Positions 1 through 8,552 of a stretch of DNA of 32,000 bases are shown here, one piece after another (positions within the stretch are counted from its first letter, which is position 1; each line of letters starts with the position of its first letter). Under the pieces are notes generated by a model. That model saw only the letters and a program-made list of their open reading frames with translations, made no database searches and was not told the DNA's origin. A program made the position numbers and the translations under genes. This DNA is from Candidatus Hadarchaeales archaeon (GTDB taxonomy: Archaea > Hadarchaeota > Hadarchaeia > Hadarchaeales > Hadarchaeaceae), in the NCBI GenBank assembly GCA_038823825.1, contig JAWBCC010000001.1, forward strand, positions 120,001-152,000, in the 5' to 3' direction.

Positions 1-108
1 GTCGTTGAGGATAAGGAAGGCGGGACCGAGCCACTTGAACGGGAGATTTCTTCCATCCCGGGCGTTGCAAGTGTCGAAGTTATCGGTCTCTCACGGATTT
101 TCTTATGA
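1..108 (+). CDS. 3' end of an upstream CDS cut by the window edge (..VVEDKEGGTEPLEREISSIPGVASVEVIGLSRIFL*), product unknown
   Basis: Frame +1 is open from nt 1 to TGA at 106-108. It is not in the ORF track because it has no start in the window. It is too short for a family call. Confidence 0.3.
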   Translation, partial: VVEDKEGGTEPLEREISSIPGVASVEVIGLSRIFL

Positions 109-141
109 ATTTTTAAGTCTTCATAGACTTTCTTTTATCTG

Positions 142-1041
142 ATGGGAAGAAAAGAAATAGAAAAAGTCTTTTTGATCTCTCTGCTTCTGACAACTTTAAT
201 CGGTCTGATGCAGATTTCCGCATCCTTTCTATTTGGAAGTTTGGCTCTTCTCGCCGTGGGCATAGAATCTTTATCGGACTCCATAACGACAGTAGTGGCT
301 CTAGGTGGATTCAGAATATCGAGGAAACCGGCGGACAAGAGACATCATTACGGCCACTGGCAGGCGGAGTCGCTTGTAGCCTTGCTTTTTGCCGTGGTTC
401 TTTTGGTCTCCGGAGCTAGAATTCTCTTATCTTCAGTGGATCGTCTCAGACACGGGACAAATTCAACTTTTTCTTCTGAGGTCCTCCTTACACCTTCACT
501 TTCAGCAATAGTTTTTGTTTTACTCGCATCATATAAGATGAAAGTTGGAAAGGAAGAAAAATGTCTGCCACTTATTTCTGACGCTTATCATACTTTCATG
601 GACTTTCTCTCAAGCATAAGCGTAGTAATAGGTCTGGTTCTCGCCATAAGAGGAAACATTCTAGCAGACCCGATTGTAGCTCTAATTATATCAGGAATTC
701 TTTTTTATCTCAGCTTCTCACTTGGTCGCTCGGCCTTGAGTGCGCTGATGGAAACAGCCCCATCAGAGGACACAGTCTTGAAGATAAGGAAAATCTGCGC
801 AGAGACACCAGGTGTTGAGAGCTTTCACAGGCTCAGAACTAGACGCTCCGGTCCAAAAATTTTTGTGGATGTTCACGTGCTCGTAGATTCCGAAATGAGT
901 TTACGAAAGGCACACGATGTTGCAACCGAAATAGAGCGCAGATTGAAGTCAAAAATTCCGGAGATAAGCTCTGTGACCGTTCACGTAGAACCTCATGCGA
1001 GGAAGGCTAAATCCTCCACTTCCAAGACAAAAAGTTCTTGA
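142..1041 (+). CDS. Cation diffusion facilitator (CDF) family metal-ion transporter
   Basis: 299 aa with about 6 predicted TM helices followed by a cytoplasmic C-terminal domain. CDF-like motifs: GSLALLAVGIESLSDS and HHYGHWQAESL. The 3' end overlaps the convergent deacetylase gene by 35 nt. Confidence 0.85.
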   Translation: MGRKEIEKVFLISLLLTTLIGLMQISASFLFGSLALLAVGIESLSDSITTVVALGGFRISRKPADKRHHYGHWQAESLVALLFAVVLLVSGARILLSSVDRLRHGTNSTFSSEVLLTPSLSAIVFVLLASYKMKVGKEEKCLPLISDAYHTFMDFLSSISVVIGLVLAIRGNILADPIVALIISGILFYLSFSLGRSALSALMETAPSEDTVLKIRKICAETPGVESFHRLRTRRSGPKIFVDVHVLVDSEMSLRKAHDVATEIERRLKSKIPEISSVTVHVEPHARKAKSSTSKTKSS

Positions 1042-2008
1042 GAGTTTCCACAACCTTGATTTCTCTTTTGATGGGGCTCCGGAATTTTGCACCTCTGAGA
1101 GCTTTGATGACGTTTGTCACGCTTTCGCCGAGCGCTTTTAAGTTGTAACCTCCCTCCAGCACAAAGACAACTCTTCCACCGCATACTTTCTTTGCAGTTT
1201 CCAGTATCCTTTCGGCCATCCATCCGTAAAATTCGCTGCTCAGTTCTAGCTGTGTAAGTGGATCCCAAATATGTCCGTCAAAACCGGCGGAGATAGCAAT
1301 CAGGCCAGGTTCAAACTGCTCCGCTATTGGACAAACGACTTCCTCAATGATAGTCGCATATTCACCGTCACCGGTTCCGGGAGGAACAGGCACATTTACA
1401 TTGAAACCTCTTCCTCTCCCTTCTCCAATCTCTTCCACCCGTCCAGTTCCAGGATACAGGGGAAACTGATGAATGGATAAATAGAGAACATCTGGATCGG
1501 TATAAAAAATGTCTTGCGTACCATTTCCGTGATGGGCGTCAAAATCAAAAATCATAATTCTATCGAAGACGTTCAGTAGATCCTTGGTCATTATTGCTAC
1601 GTTGTTCAGGTAACAGAATCCTCCACCAAAATCGCTTGAGGCGTGATGTCCAGGTGGTCTGACGAGAGCAAACGTGTTGTCCGCTTTTTTCTCCGCAACC
1701 AATCTTCCGGCTATTAGGGCTCCTCCAGCGGCTAAGAGTGCGATCTCGAGAGTGTTCTCTCTGGTCGGCGTGTCTGAATCTAAAAAAGCTTGATCCTTAG
1801 TCATCTCTTTGAGAAGCTCGATGTAATTTTTGCTGTGTACAGTCAGAATTTCGTTCATTTTCGCTGATTCAGGTTCTAGAACATTTGTCCACAGTTCATT
1901 TCGTTTAAGAGTTTCCACTATTGCATGCAACCTCTGTGGCGATTCAGGATGCCAAGCTCCAGGATTATGCTCCAGATATCTTGGAGAATAAATGAGAGCA
2001 AGTCTCAT
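1007..2008 (-). CDS. Histone deacetylase-family (AcuC/AphA-like) deacetylase
   Basis: Motifs RPPGHHA, DFDAHHGNGTQ and LEGGYN. I prefer the start at Met20 of the track ORF (MRLALIYSP, ATG at 2008-2006), which forms an ATGA overlap with the stop of the upstream gene. The track start at 2065 would overlap that gene by 61 nt. Confidence 0.85.
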   Translation of the reverse strand: MRLALIYSPRYLEHNPGAWHPESPQRLHAIVETLKRNELWTNVLEPESAKMNEILTVHSKNYIELLKEMTKDQAFLDSDTPTRENTLEIALLAAGGALIAGRLVAEKKADNTFALVRPPGHHASSDFGGGFCYLNNVAIMTKDLLNVFDRIMIFDFDAHHGNGTQDIFYTDPDVLYLSIHQFPLYPGTGRVEEIGEGRGRGFNVNVPVPPGTGDGEYATIIEEVVCPIAEQFEPGLIAISAGFDGHIWDPLTQLELSSEFYGWMAERILETAKKVCGGRVVFVLEGGYNLKALGESVTNVIKALRGAKFRSPIKREIKVVETLKNFLSWKWRI

Positions 2009-2679
2009 TTCTTTTCCTCCAGTTCGGCTTTTTTGACCAAATAAACCCCTCTTAAGCCGTCCCACAGAATCTCCGCTTCATCGATTTTTATTCTGAACTT
2101 GAAAAATGGTGCGTCCAGAACGAGAGTCTCGTATTCTCCTCCTTCCCCACAGGGGTTGATTCCATACTTCTTCGAGAGTTCAAGAAACTTTCTTACTTCA
2201 TCCTCCCCAACTTTTTTTCCTAACCACTCTTTTCCCAAACCCTCCGCAAAAACGCCGGTTATTATAAAGCTTATTCCGGATCTCAATTCTTCACGCAATA
2301 CCTCCTCCGGCTCTCTATTCCAGAGAGGAGCGATATGAGACTTCCGCAATTTGCGGCAGATTTCATCAAGGTTGTTTTTTTGAAATTTTGACGATATCAC
2401 ACCACTCACTATTCCTTCGACATCGGCTTTCTTCAGTATTTTCTCCAAGAATGGAATTTCTTCTCTCTTTCCTCCAGTGAATCTGAGCCCCTCAACCGGA
2501 ATTCCAATACATTTGGAAAAGAGTTCATACAGATGGACGTTAGGATGGTGAAACATCCATGAGTCTTCTCTTTGCGGTAAAACAAAGATGATCTTTTCGA
2601 TCTCATGTTCTTTCATTGCAAGCCAAAGAGCAAAAATGGAATCTTTACCACCACTACAGAGAGCGGCGAGTTTCATCAC
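2005..2679 (-). CDS. dph6: Diphthine-ammonia ligase-like PP-loop ATP pyrophosphatase (Dph6 / MJ0570 family)
   Basis: Intact N-terminal PP-loop (AALCSGGKDS) and the C-terminal GEGGEYETLVLDAPFF motif typical of the Diphthami_syn_2 family. About 224 aa. Confidence 0.8.
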   Translation of the reverse strand: MMKLAALCSGGKDSIFALWLAMKEHEIEKIIFVLPQREDSWMFHHPNVHLYELFSKCIGIPVEGLRFTGGKREEIPFLEKILKKADVEGIVSGVISSKFQKNNLDEICRKLRKSHIAPLWNREPEEVLREELRSGISFIITGVFAEGLGKEWLGKKVGEDEVRKFLELSKKYGINPCGEGGEYETLVLDAPFFKFRIKIDEAEILWDGLRGVYLVKKAELEEKK

Positions 2680-2721
2680 GTAATTCTTTCTCCAAAAGGG
2701 AATTTTAACAAGTAGGATGTT

Positions 2722-3948
2722 TTACGCAAGCCCGAACATGGAGAGCGTAGATTCTTTAACACCAGCAAAGAAGAGAATGCATGGTAACAAAATTACACCC
2801 ATCGCGTGGGTTCTTTTAACCTGAACGACTGCTGGAAGGACTCCAATCGATGTCGCTGTCGCAAAAACTAGAAGCCCGACAAATCCCGAGTAGAAGAAAA
2901 CGAGAAATGTGATGAAGACCAGAACTGCCGCACACAAACCCCTGTATGGAAGTTTTGACATTTCTCTGGCCATAATCTTGGAAAGTTTGAGCGTGAGAAG
3001 TCCAGCGATTCCGCCAGCGAAGAGAGAAACACCAACCATGATGATAAGTTCTCTACTTCCGATCTCGAGAATCTGCCCAACCGCAACCGCCGCTCCACTC
3101 CTGCCTCTTCCTATAGCATAAAGCGCGGCAAAAGAAAATAGAGCCTTCGAAGTATTGACGCTACTTACCGCTGCGAGAAAATCTTCTGTTCCCTTACAAC
3201 CACTCACAAGCTGCGCAAGCACGGTTCCTTGTGATGGTCCTATGCCCGGGATAATTCCAGTCACAGCTCCGGCGAATGCTCCAGTTAAAATCGGCTTCTT
3301 CAATCCGTCCGGTTCTCTATCATCTATCTTTTGTTCCGGAAGTTGGCAGTTGCTCGCTATGCTCGGAAGGAGAACACTGGCTCCAAAAAGTCCGGAGAGG
3401 AGGGGCATTAGGGCAGTCTCGGATTTCAGAATTCCTCCATCCAAAGCAACAAGTCCCAGAAAACCAGAGAGAACAAAGATTACACAAGACCAAACAATTT
3501 TACTAGGAGATCGCTCTATTGCGATCATAACAATCACCACAAACAGCAGAAGCCAGTGCATGTTTGGTTTTATCAATCCATATGCGGGTTCAACTATCAT
3601 GAGAAATGGAAAAAGAAAGGCGGCGCTCACTAGCAATCCTCCCAGGCATCCGAAAACTACGAGTTTTATGGCGTAGTGACCTCTTCCATCTAAAAGTAGC
3701 CTGTGTGCTGGAAGAACGGATAACTCAGTTCCCTCTTCCGGAACGCCCAAATATGTGGAAGGTATATAGCTGACAAAAACGTTTGTGATAGACATAGCAA
3801 CTATCAAGGAAGCGATTTCAACAGATCCCGAGCCTCCTGCTAAGATAACAAAAGCCGGCGTTAAATTGTTGACATGTAAACCCGGAATCATTCCAGTGAT
3901 TACTCCAAGAAGAACGCCCGCGAGCATCCATAGGATTAGCACAATCAT
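2722..3948 (-). CDS. TctA/DUF112-family integral membrane permease
   Basis: 408 aa and highly hydrophobic. It has two internally repeated G-x-IPG motifs (GVITGMIPGLHVNN and GAVTGIIPGIGPSQG) as in TctA-type large subunits. No TctB or TctC gene is adjacent. Confidence 0.55.
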   Translation of the reverse strand: MIVLILWMLAGVLLGVITGMIPGLHVNNLTPAFVILAGGSGSVEIASLIVAMSITNVFVSYIPSTYLGVPEEGTELSVLPAHRLLLDGRGHYAIKLVVFGCLGGLLVSAAFLFPFLMIVEPAYGLIKPNMHWLLLFVVIVMIAIERSPSKIVWSCVIFVLSGFLGLVALDGGILKSETALMPLLSGLFGASVLLPSIASNCQLPEQKIDDREPDGLKKPILTGAFAGAVTGIIPGIGPSQGTVLAQLVSGCKGTEDFLAAVSSVNTSKALFSFAALYAIGRGRSGAAVAVGQILEIGSRELIIMVGVSLFAGGIAGLLTLKLSKIMAREMSKLPYRGLCAAVLVFITFLVFFYSGFVGLLVFATATSIGVLPAVVQVKRTHAMGVILLPCILFFAGVKESTLSMFGLA

Positions 3949-4616
3949 TTTAGGAAAGTTTCAAGCTTTTGGATACAAAGATGACTCGTCACCTTAAGTT
4001 CGATTTCGTTATTATATAACTGCAACCATCCCCCAATCACGACTTCATCCCCAACGTGCACTTCGGGTATTCCTTCAACGATTTTTGACGGTATGAAGAC
4101 CTTCAGTTTCCTACCGTTTTCTCCTATGTTCAATATGATGTTTCCAGCACCAATTATCTCTCGGCTGGAAACTATACCGTAAACTTTGACGGGTTTTCCT
4201 AGATTCTCTTCCTTAATTTCTGAAATGCTAGCCGGAGCCGTATGCACGATTTTTATGTCTTCTGGCTTGGAAGGAATAACCTCCAGCTCGTTTTGGTAAA
4301 CCGAAACATTTCCCCTAATCTCCACGTAGTCAAGCAATCCTATTGTCAGGGTTAACTTTGACGCCAGATTGGAAAAGATTGGGACAGTTATAATCCCTCC
4401 GGAGTCATCTTTGATCTTAAGGAACATGTGCTTGTTGCCGGAACTCTGTACATCAATTATTTGTCCGGAGATTATCACTCTGGCGCCGATGAAACTATTA
4501 TCTATTTTTGCGATCGGAGTGATTCTCTGTGAAATCGATAAAGCAGTTGCGTAAACCGCGGCCAAGCCCGCGAGCGACGAGATAAGACTCAATCTGACTA
4601 TTTTTCCGTTCCCCAT
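3945..4616 (-). CDS. N-terminally membrane-anchored protein with two OB-fold (tRNA_anti-like) domains
   Basis: N-terminal TM or signal-anchor segment (LSLISSLAGLAAVYATAL). Two similar beta-rich segments follow, each ending in Y-(Q/N)-N-E-(L/I)-E-(V/L) (VSVYQNELEVI and LQLYNNEIELKV). ATGA overlap with the downstream permease gene at 3945-3948. Confidence 0.4.
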   Translation of the reverse strand: MGNGKIVRLSLISSLAGLAAVYATALSISQRITPIAKIDNSFIGARVIISGQIIDVQSSGNKHMFLKIKDDSGGIITVPIFSNLASKLTLTIGLLDYVEIRGNVSVYQNELEVIPSKPEDIKIVHTAPASISEIKEENLGKPVKVYGIVSSREIIGAGNIILNIGENGRKLKVFIPSKIVEGIPEVHVGDEVVIGGWLQLYNNEIELKVTSHLCIQKLETFLK

Positions 4617-4661
4617 CCGCGCCTAGGTTTTTGCGAAGGAGGTTTAAGCGTGCGAACGGAT

Positions 4662-4940
4662 TTAGCGAATATCTACTGGTAGTACTTCCTCGGGCCCCTT
4701 CTTTCCTATCGGCCAAGGTCGATCATTTGTGATCAGATAGAGATATCTGGCAACCAGTAGAGAGTAAGTGACGTATCGGTTGGTGAATTTTGCCATGCCG
4801 AGGTGTCGCTTGCCCAGAATGAGTGTATAGAGCCAGTGTATCACCACGACAAGCCCAGCGACAAAACCCCAGACAGCAAGAATTATTCCGTAGATGATGG
4901 CCAGAGGAATCCTTAAAATCAATTCTAATCGTTCTCCCAT
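4662..4940 (-). CDS. Small two-TM membrane protein, DUF4389-like
   Basis: 92 aa. The pattern LRIPLAIIYGII ... LILGKRHLGMAKF ... YLYLITNDRPWP resembles DUF4389. A strong SD (GGAGGTG) lies just upstream of the ATG on the minus strand. Confidence 0.5.
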   Translation of the reverse strand: MGERLELILRIPLAIIYGIILAVWGFVAGLVVVIHWLYTLILGKRHLGMAKFTNRYVTYSLLVARYLYLITNDRPWPIGKKGPEEVLPVDIR

Positions 4941-5063
4941 TGCACCTCCACAAACGATAACGCGAGAAAACTTATAAGGGTTGTTATGCGATTTTTCAGA
5001 TTGCTTCTTTTCAATGGCAAAGTTAAAAAGGATGATGTTTAATCAGTAATCGAGGTGAAAATT

Positions 5064-5294
5064 GTGAAAAGAGTTGGACAGCTTGTCGGTTTGAAAATCT
5101 ACACAGATAAAGCGAAATACGTTGGAGTCGTCGAAGATGTTCTGATAGATGACAGAGTTGGAGCTGTTGTAGGCTTGGTTATAGGGAAAAGAGCTGAAAA
5201 GGCCATAAGCGTGCCTTACAGCGGTGTTCTAGCAGTCGGCGACATAATAATCGTTCAATCGAAGAAAGAAGAGACCATCGGTGCCACGGCATGA
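5064..5294 (+). CDS. PRC-barrel domain protein
   Basis: The sequence GLKIYTDKAKYVGVVEDVLIDDRVGAVVGLVIG is PRC-barrel-like. The track start GTG 5055 lies inside a Shine-Dalgarno-like GAGGTGA (5052-5058). GTG 5064, 5 nt downstream of that SD, is the more likely start. Confidence 0.6.
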   Translation: MKRVGQLVGLKIYTDKAKYVGVVEDVLIDDRVGAVVGLVIGKRAEKAISVPYSGVLAVGDIIIVQSKKEETIGATA

Positions 5295-5836
5295 TTGAAG
5301 AATTCGAGGGCAAAAGGCCGAAGATATCAAAGAAAGCCTTTGTGCACCCCTCGGCCGTCGTGATAGGTGATGTTAGGATAGGAGATTTTTCGAGTGTATG
5401 GCCTGGCGCCGTCATCCGTGGAGATTTAGGCAGGATAACGATTGGGAAGTACACATGTATCCAAGACAACGTGGTTATCCACGCTGGAGACGTTTATGAC
5501 AGCCGAGTTAGAGCTTCTCCCACAAGGGTAGGAAACTATGTCATCGTTGGTCACCTAGCCTTGGTCCATGGCGCAACAATTGAGGATCAGACACTTATCG
5601 GCGGACAGGCCACAATTTTCAATGATGCTATTGTACGGAAAGGTGCGATGGTAGGTATTGGCGCTGTTGTTTTAAGAGGGGCGGAGGTACCTCGCAGAAC
5701 GGTGGTTGTGGGGATTCCGGCCAGACCGCTTAGGCAAGTTACGCCTGCGGAGTTCAAAGGAATAAAAACGCAGGCGATTCATTATTCGAAGCTTGCAACC
5801 CGTTATCTCAAAGCTTTCAAAGAGGGAAAAAGGTAG
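5291..5836 (+). CDS. Gamma-class carbonic anhydrase-like left-handed beta-helix (hexapeptide repeat) protein
   Basis: Hexapeptide repeats throughout. The N-terminus (PKISKKAFVHPSAVVIGDVRIGDFSSVWPGAVIRGD) and GHLALVHG (H-x4-H metal ligands) are typical of the Cam/YrdA family. ATGA overlap with the PRC-barrel gene. Confidence 0.85.
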   Translation: MIEEFEGKRPKISKKAFVHPSAVVIGDVRIGDFSSVWPGAVIRGDLGRITIGKYTCIQDNVVIHAGDVYDSRVRASPTRVGNYVIVGHLALVHGATIEDQTLIGGQATIFNDAIVRKGAMVGIGAVVLRGAEVPRRTVVVGIPARPLRQVTPAEFKGIKTQAIHYSKLATRYLKAFKEGKR

Positions 5837-6878
5837 TCTCCAACCTGTCCTGTGTTGGATACTCTTCGACAAGCGCGAATTTCAGGTTTTTCTCTAGTTT
5901 AGCCAGTTTTTCCGCTAACCTCCAGTGAAGTTCGATTCTTTTCTTTTCCCTGTTCAGATAGATTTCGTCTTGTTTTAATCGGTATTTTCTCATCAGATAT
6001 TTATGCACTTCGGTCAGTTCCTGAGTTTTTAATCCGGTTATGATTCCTTTGAAAAGGAGTCCATCTTCGTTCACCTCTTCGTGTGGTTTTGCCACGTTGA
6101 AGGCTTTTCTGATCAATCTCTTTCTCAGCTGAACAGAATCTTTCACAATGCTCGAGCAGTAATGAATCGTGAGCGTAGCGTTTTTCGCCCCCCATTTTGC
6201 GACGGTGAGGGCACATTCTCTACTTCCTTCTGCGGCAACGGCCGAGTCCTCTCTAAGTCTAAATCCCCTTCTATGAAGGTTTGCCGCGTTTGTCTCTGAA
6301 AACTCCAGCTCGTTCAGATTTATGAAGACTCCTTCTATTTCGTCAAGTTTTCTGATCAAATTTATTATTCTATCCTCCCAGCCAGGCACTGCTGGAATCT
6401 CTATCCCCGCATCCAGTCCTACGCCTATAGCCTTTACAACAGGCTCTGAAGTTAAGAGATGAAATCTAACTTCATCGATTCCGGCTTCTTTCATCTTTTT
6501 GAGTTTTTCGCGAGAAACATCCTCACAAAGGTAGACATGAATGTGGTGTTCTTTCCCAAATTTTTCTTTCAGGAGCTTGGAGTATCTAAGCATTCTTCGA
6601 AATCTGAGCATCGGGTCCCCACCGGTTATACCGGTACCAAGCGCGTCCATTTCCTCGGCCTCGGCAACGATATCTCTCCAGCTTCTGACAAGTCTCTCGT
6701 TCGCATAGACTACGTCTTTCTGTCTTCTCTTTTCGGAAAGAGGACAGTAGAAACATCTCCTTCTGCATAATCCCGTCAAGAAGAGGACGAGCTTGGCTCC
6801 TTGGAGACAGAGATCACATCCAAGGGGCAGGTTTCCAACGACGAATCCTCCGCCTTCAGTGTCTTTAAGCTTCCGCAT
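5817..6878 (-). CDS. Radical SAM protein (PflA-related, archaeal COG2108-like)
   Basis: CxxxCxxC cluster motif (GLCRRRCFYCP) near the N-terminus, followed by the glycine-rich GITGGDP. 353 aa. Confidence 0.8.
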   Translation of the reverse strand: MRKLKDTEGGGFVVGNLPLGCDLCLQGAKLVLFLTGLCRRRCFYCPLSEKRRQKDVVYANERLVRSWRDIVAEAEEMDALGTGITGGDPMLRFRRMLRYSKLLKEKFGKEHHIHVYLCEDVSREKLKKMKEAGIDEVRFHLLTSEPVVKAIGVGLDAGIEIPAVPGWEDRIINLIRKLDEIEGVFINLNELEFSETNAANLHRRGFRLREDSAVAAEGSRECALTVAKWGAKNATLTIHYCSSIVKDSVQLRKRLIRKAFNVAKPHEEVNEDGLLFKGIITGLKTQELTEVHKYLMRKYRLKQDEIYLNREKKRIELHWRLAEKLAKLEKNLKFALVEEYPTQDRLETTFFPL

Positions 6879-6891
6879 TTTCTCCCAATCC

Positions 6892-6900
6892 TTTTTTATA
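6892..6900 (+). promoter_or_regulatory. Candidate TATA box of tbp (TTTTTTATA)
   Basis: AT-rich box about 30 nt upstream of the tbp ATG (6929), in the 50-nt divergent intergenic region. This spacing implies a very short leader. Confidence 0.35.
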
Positions 6901-6928
6901 CCCCTAAGACCATTACTTTTAGGTAAAT

Positions 6929-7483
6929 ATGTCTAAGGTAAAAATCGAAGTCCAGAACATTGTTTTGTCCGTCATATACCCAAACACAGAGTTTGATCTT
7001 GAAAAATTAGCCCGCACGTTGGAAGATGCTAGATATGATCCTGAAGTTTTTCCCGGAATAGCCTATAAATCTGAAGACCCACCGGCATCTTTTCTGATTT
7101 TCGCCTCCGGAAAAATGAACTGTGTTGGGGCGAAAAGCATGAAAGACGCCAAGCTCGCTATAGAAAAGTTGACAAAGAAGCTGAAAGCGAGTGGGGCGAA
7201 AATAAAAGGCCCCCCGAAAGTCCAGGTTCAGAATATAGTCTCCTCTTTCGATTTTTTCAGAGAGTTTGACCTAGAGGCAATTGCAAGAAGCTTCGATAAC
7301 ACGGAGTACGAGCCGGAGGTATTTCCGGGCCTCGTCTTCAGGCTTGATGATCCAAAGGTTGTAATTCTGCTTTTCGTCTCTGGCAAGGGTGTGTGTGCTG
7401 GAGCAAAGACGATGGCAGAGATAAAGAGAACCGCCGAAAAAATGGATCGTCTGCTGGGTAACAAGTTCTCCGCAAAGGTCTAA
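6929..7483 (+). CDS. tbp: TATA-box binding protein
   Basis: 184 aa with two direct repeats (VQNIVLSV..YDPEVFPGIAYK..FASGKMNCVGAKS and VQNIVSSF..YEPEVFPGLVFRL..FVSGKGVCAGAKT). This is diagnostic of archaeal/eukaryotic TBP. Confidence 0.95.
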   Translation: MSKVKIEVQNIVLSVIYPNTEFDLEKLARTLEDARYDPEVFPGIAYKSEDPPASFLIFASGKMNCVGAKSMKDAKLAIEKLTKKLKASGAKIKGPPKVQVQNIVSSFDFFREFDLEAIARSFDNTEYEPEVFPGLVFRLDDPKVVILLFVSGKGVCAGAKTMAEIKRTAEKMDRLLGNKFSAKV

Positions 7484-7514
7484 TTTAAAGATAGTCCAGT
7501 CTACTTTTTAAAAG

Positions 7515-8552
7515 ATGAAGGTCGTCGTCGTTAGATACGGGGAGATTGCCCTAAAAAGCGGGCCTGTGCGCTCCAAATTTGAGAAAATCTTGCTTTCAAA
7601 CATACGGAGGATGATAAGAAGCTTCGGTCACGCTTATAAAAAATCCGCTAGGATAATCGTGGAAAGCGAATTTCCATGGAAAGTATGTAAAGTCATTTCG
7701 AAGATTCCGGGCGTTGTTTCCTGCAGCCCCGCGGTGCGTGTCAGATCTGTTTTACCGGAAATAGTGCAAAACGCCACGAAAATCGCAAAGAGAACGGTGA
7801 AAAAAGGTGAGACTTTTGCCGTCCGGACGAGCAGGGAGGGAAAGCACGAGTTCACAAGCATGGATGTCAATAGGATTGTGGGAGAGAGCATTCTCCGTTC
7901 GTTGCCCGGTTCTAAGGTAGATCTCTCTAATCCCGATCGCGAAATCTTCATAGATATTCGTGAAGATGAGACATACATCTTCACCGAGAAAATAAGTGGG
8001 GTTGGAGGCCTGCCTGTTGGTAGCGAGGGCAAGGCCATATGCATTTTTGATGGGAGCGGCAGGGACGTAAAGGCTGCCTTTTTGATGATGAAAAGAGGTT
8101 GCGTCATCCAGATTTTATCCGAAGCGTCAAATGTCCATAGAGCTAAGAGTCTATTGGTTCACCATCCTCATTTGACAGTTTTCATCCTGCCTGAAAGTTT
8201 CACAAAGTCGATCAAACAAACACCTCCCCGGCTTAGAACGATCGTCAAAAAGAGGGCTCTCGTCAAGATAGCCGACTTGCTTTCGGTTAGAACGGGTTCT
8301 GTTTGCCTAGTACTTCCAGATGGTCTGGAATTTGTTCGAAAATTTGGACTTGAAGGGATTCGTTTTGTTGACGAGGCTTCAAGCAATTCGCCTATACTTC
8401 GTCCCCTACTCGGGGGAGATCTGCTGAAAGCGGAGCCAAAGCCTTCAAGTAAAATTTTTCAAATTCAGAAAAAGCGAGTCCTAGAGCTAGAAAGGGAAAT
8501 CCTTAAAGATTTGGATGGAATTGTGAATTCTCTTGTGAGGAGGAAACTATGA
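7515..8552 (+). CDS. ThiI-like THUMP-domain protein with a degenerate PP-loop
   Basis: The N-terminus VVVVRYGEIALKSGPVRSKFEKIL, GGLPVGSEGKA and PILRPLLGGD are collinear with ThiI. The SGGxDS PP-loop reads DGSGRD and the GESLGQVASQT-type motif reads PDGLEFVRKFG. Confidence 0.65.
   Translation: MKVVVVRYGEIALKSGPVRSKFEKILLSNIRRMIRSFGHAYKKSARIIVESEFPWKVCKVISKIPGVVSCSPAVRVRSVLPEIVQNATKIAKRTVKKGETFAVRTSREGKHEFTSMDVNRIVGESILRSLPGSKVDLSNPDREIFIDIREDETYIFTEKISGVGGLPVGSEGKAICIFDGSGRDVKAAFLMMKRGCVIQILSEASNVHRAKSLLVHHPHLTVFILPESFTKSIKQTPPRLRTIVKKRALVKIADLLSVRTGSVCLVLPDGLEFVRKFGLEGIRFVDEASSNSPILRPLLGGDLLKAEPKPSSKIFQIQKKRVLELEREILKDLDGIVNSLVRRKL

Noticed and set aside
1007-2065. The long form of the deacetylase ORF, starting at 2065
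   Set aside because: It would overlap the upstream dph6-like gene by 61 nt and add a non-homologous basic N-terminus. Met20 (ATG 2008) gives the usual HDAC N-terminus and an ATGA coupling site.
4637-4682. An AGGAGGT Shine-Dalgarno-like sequence followed by GTG on the + strand, in the gap between two minus-strand genes
   Set aside because: The downstream frame is only 10 codons long (VRTDLANIYW*). It is most likely a chance match inside a minus-strand operon.
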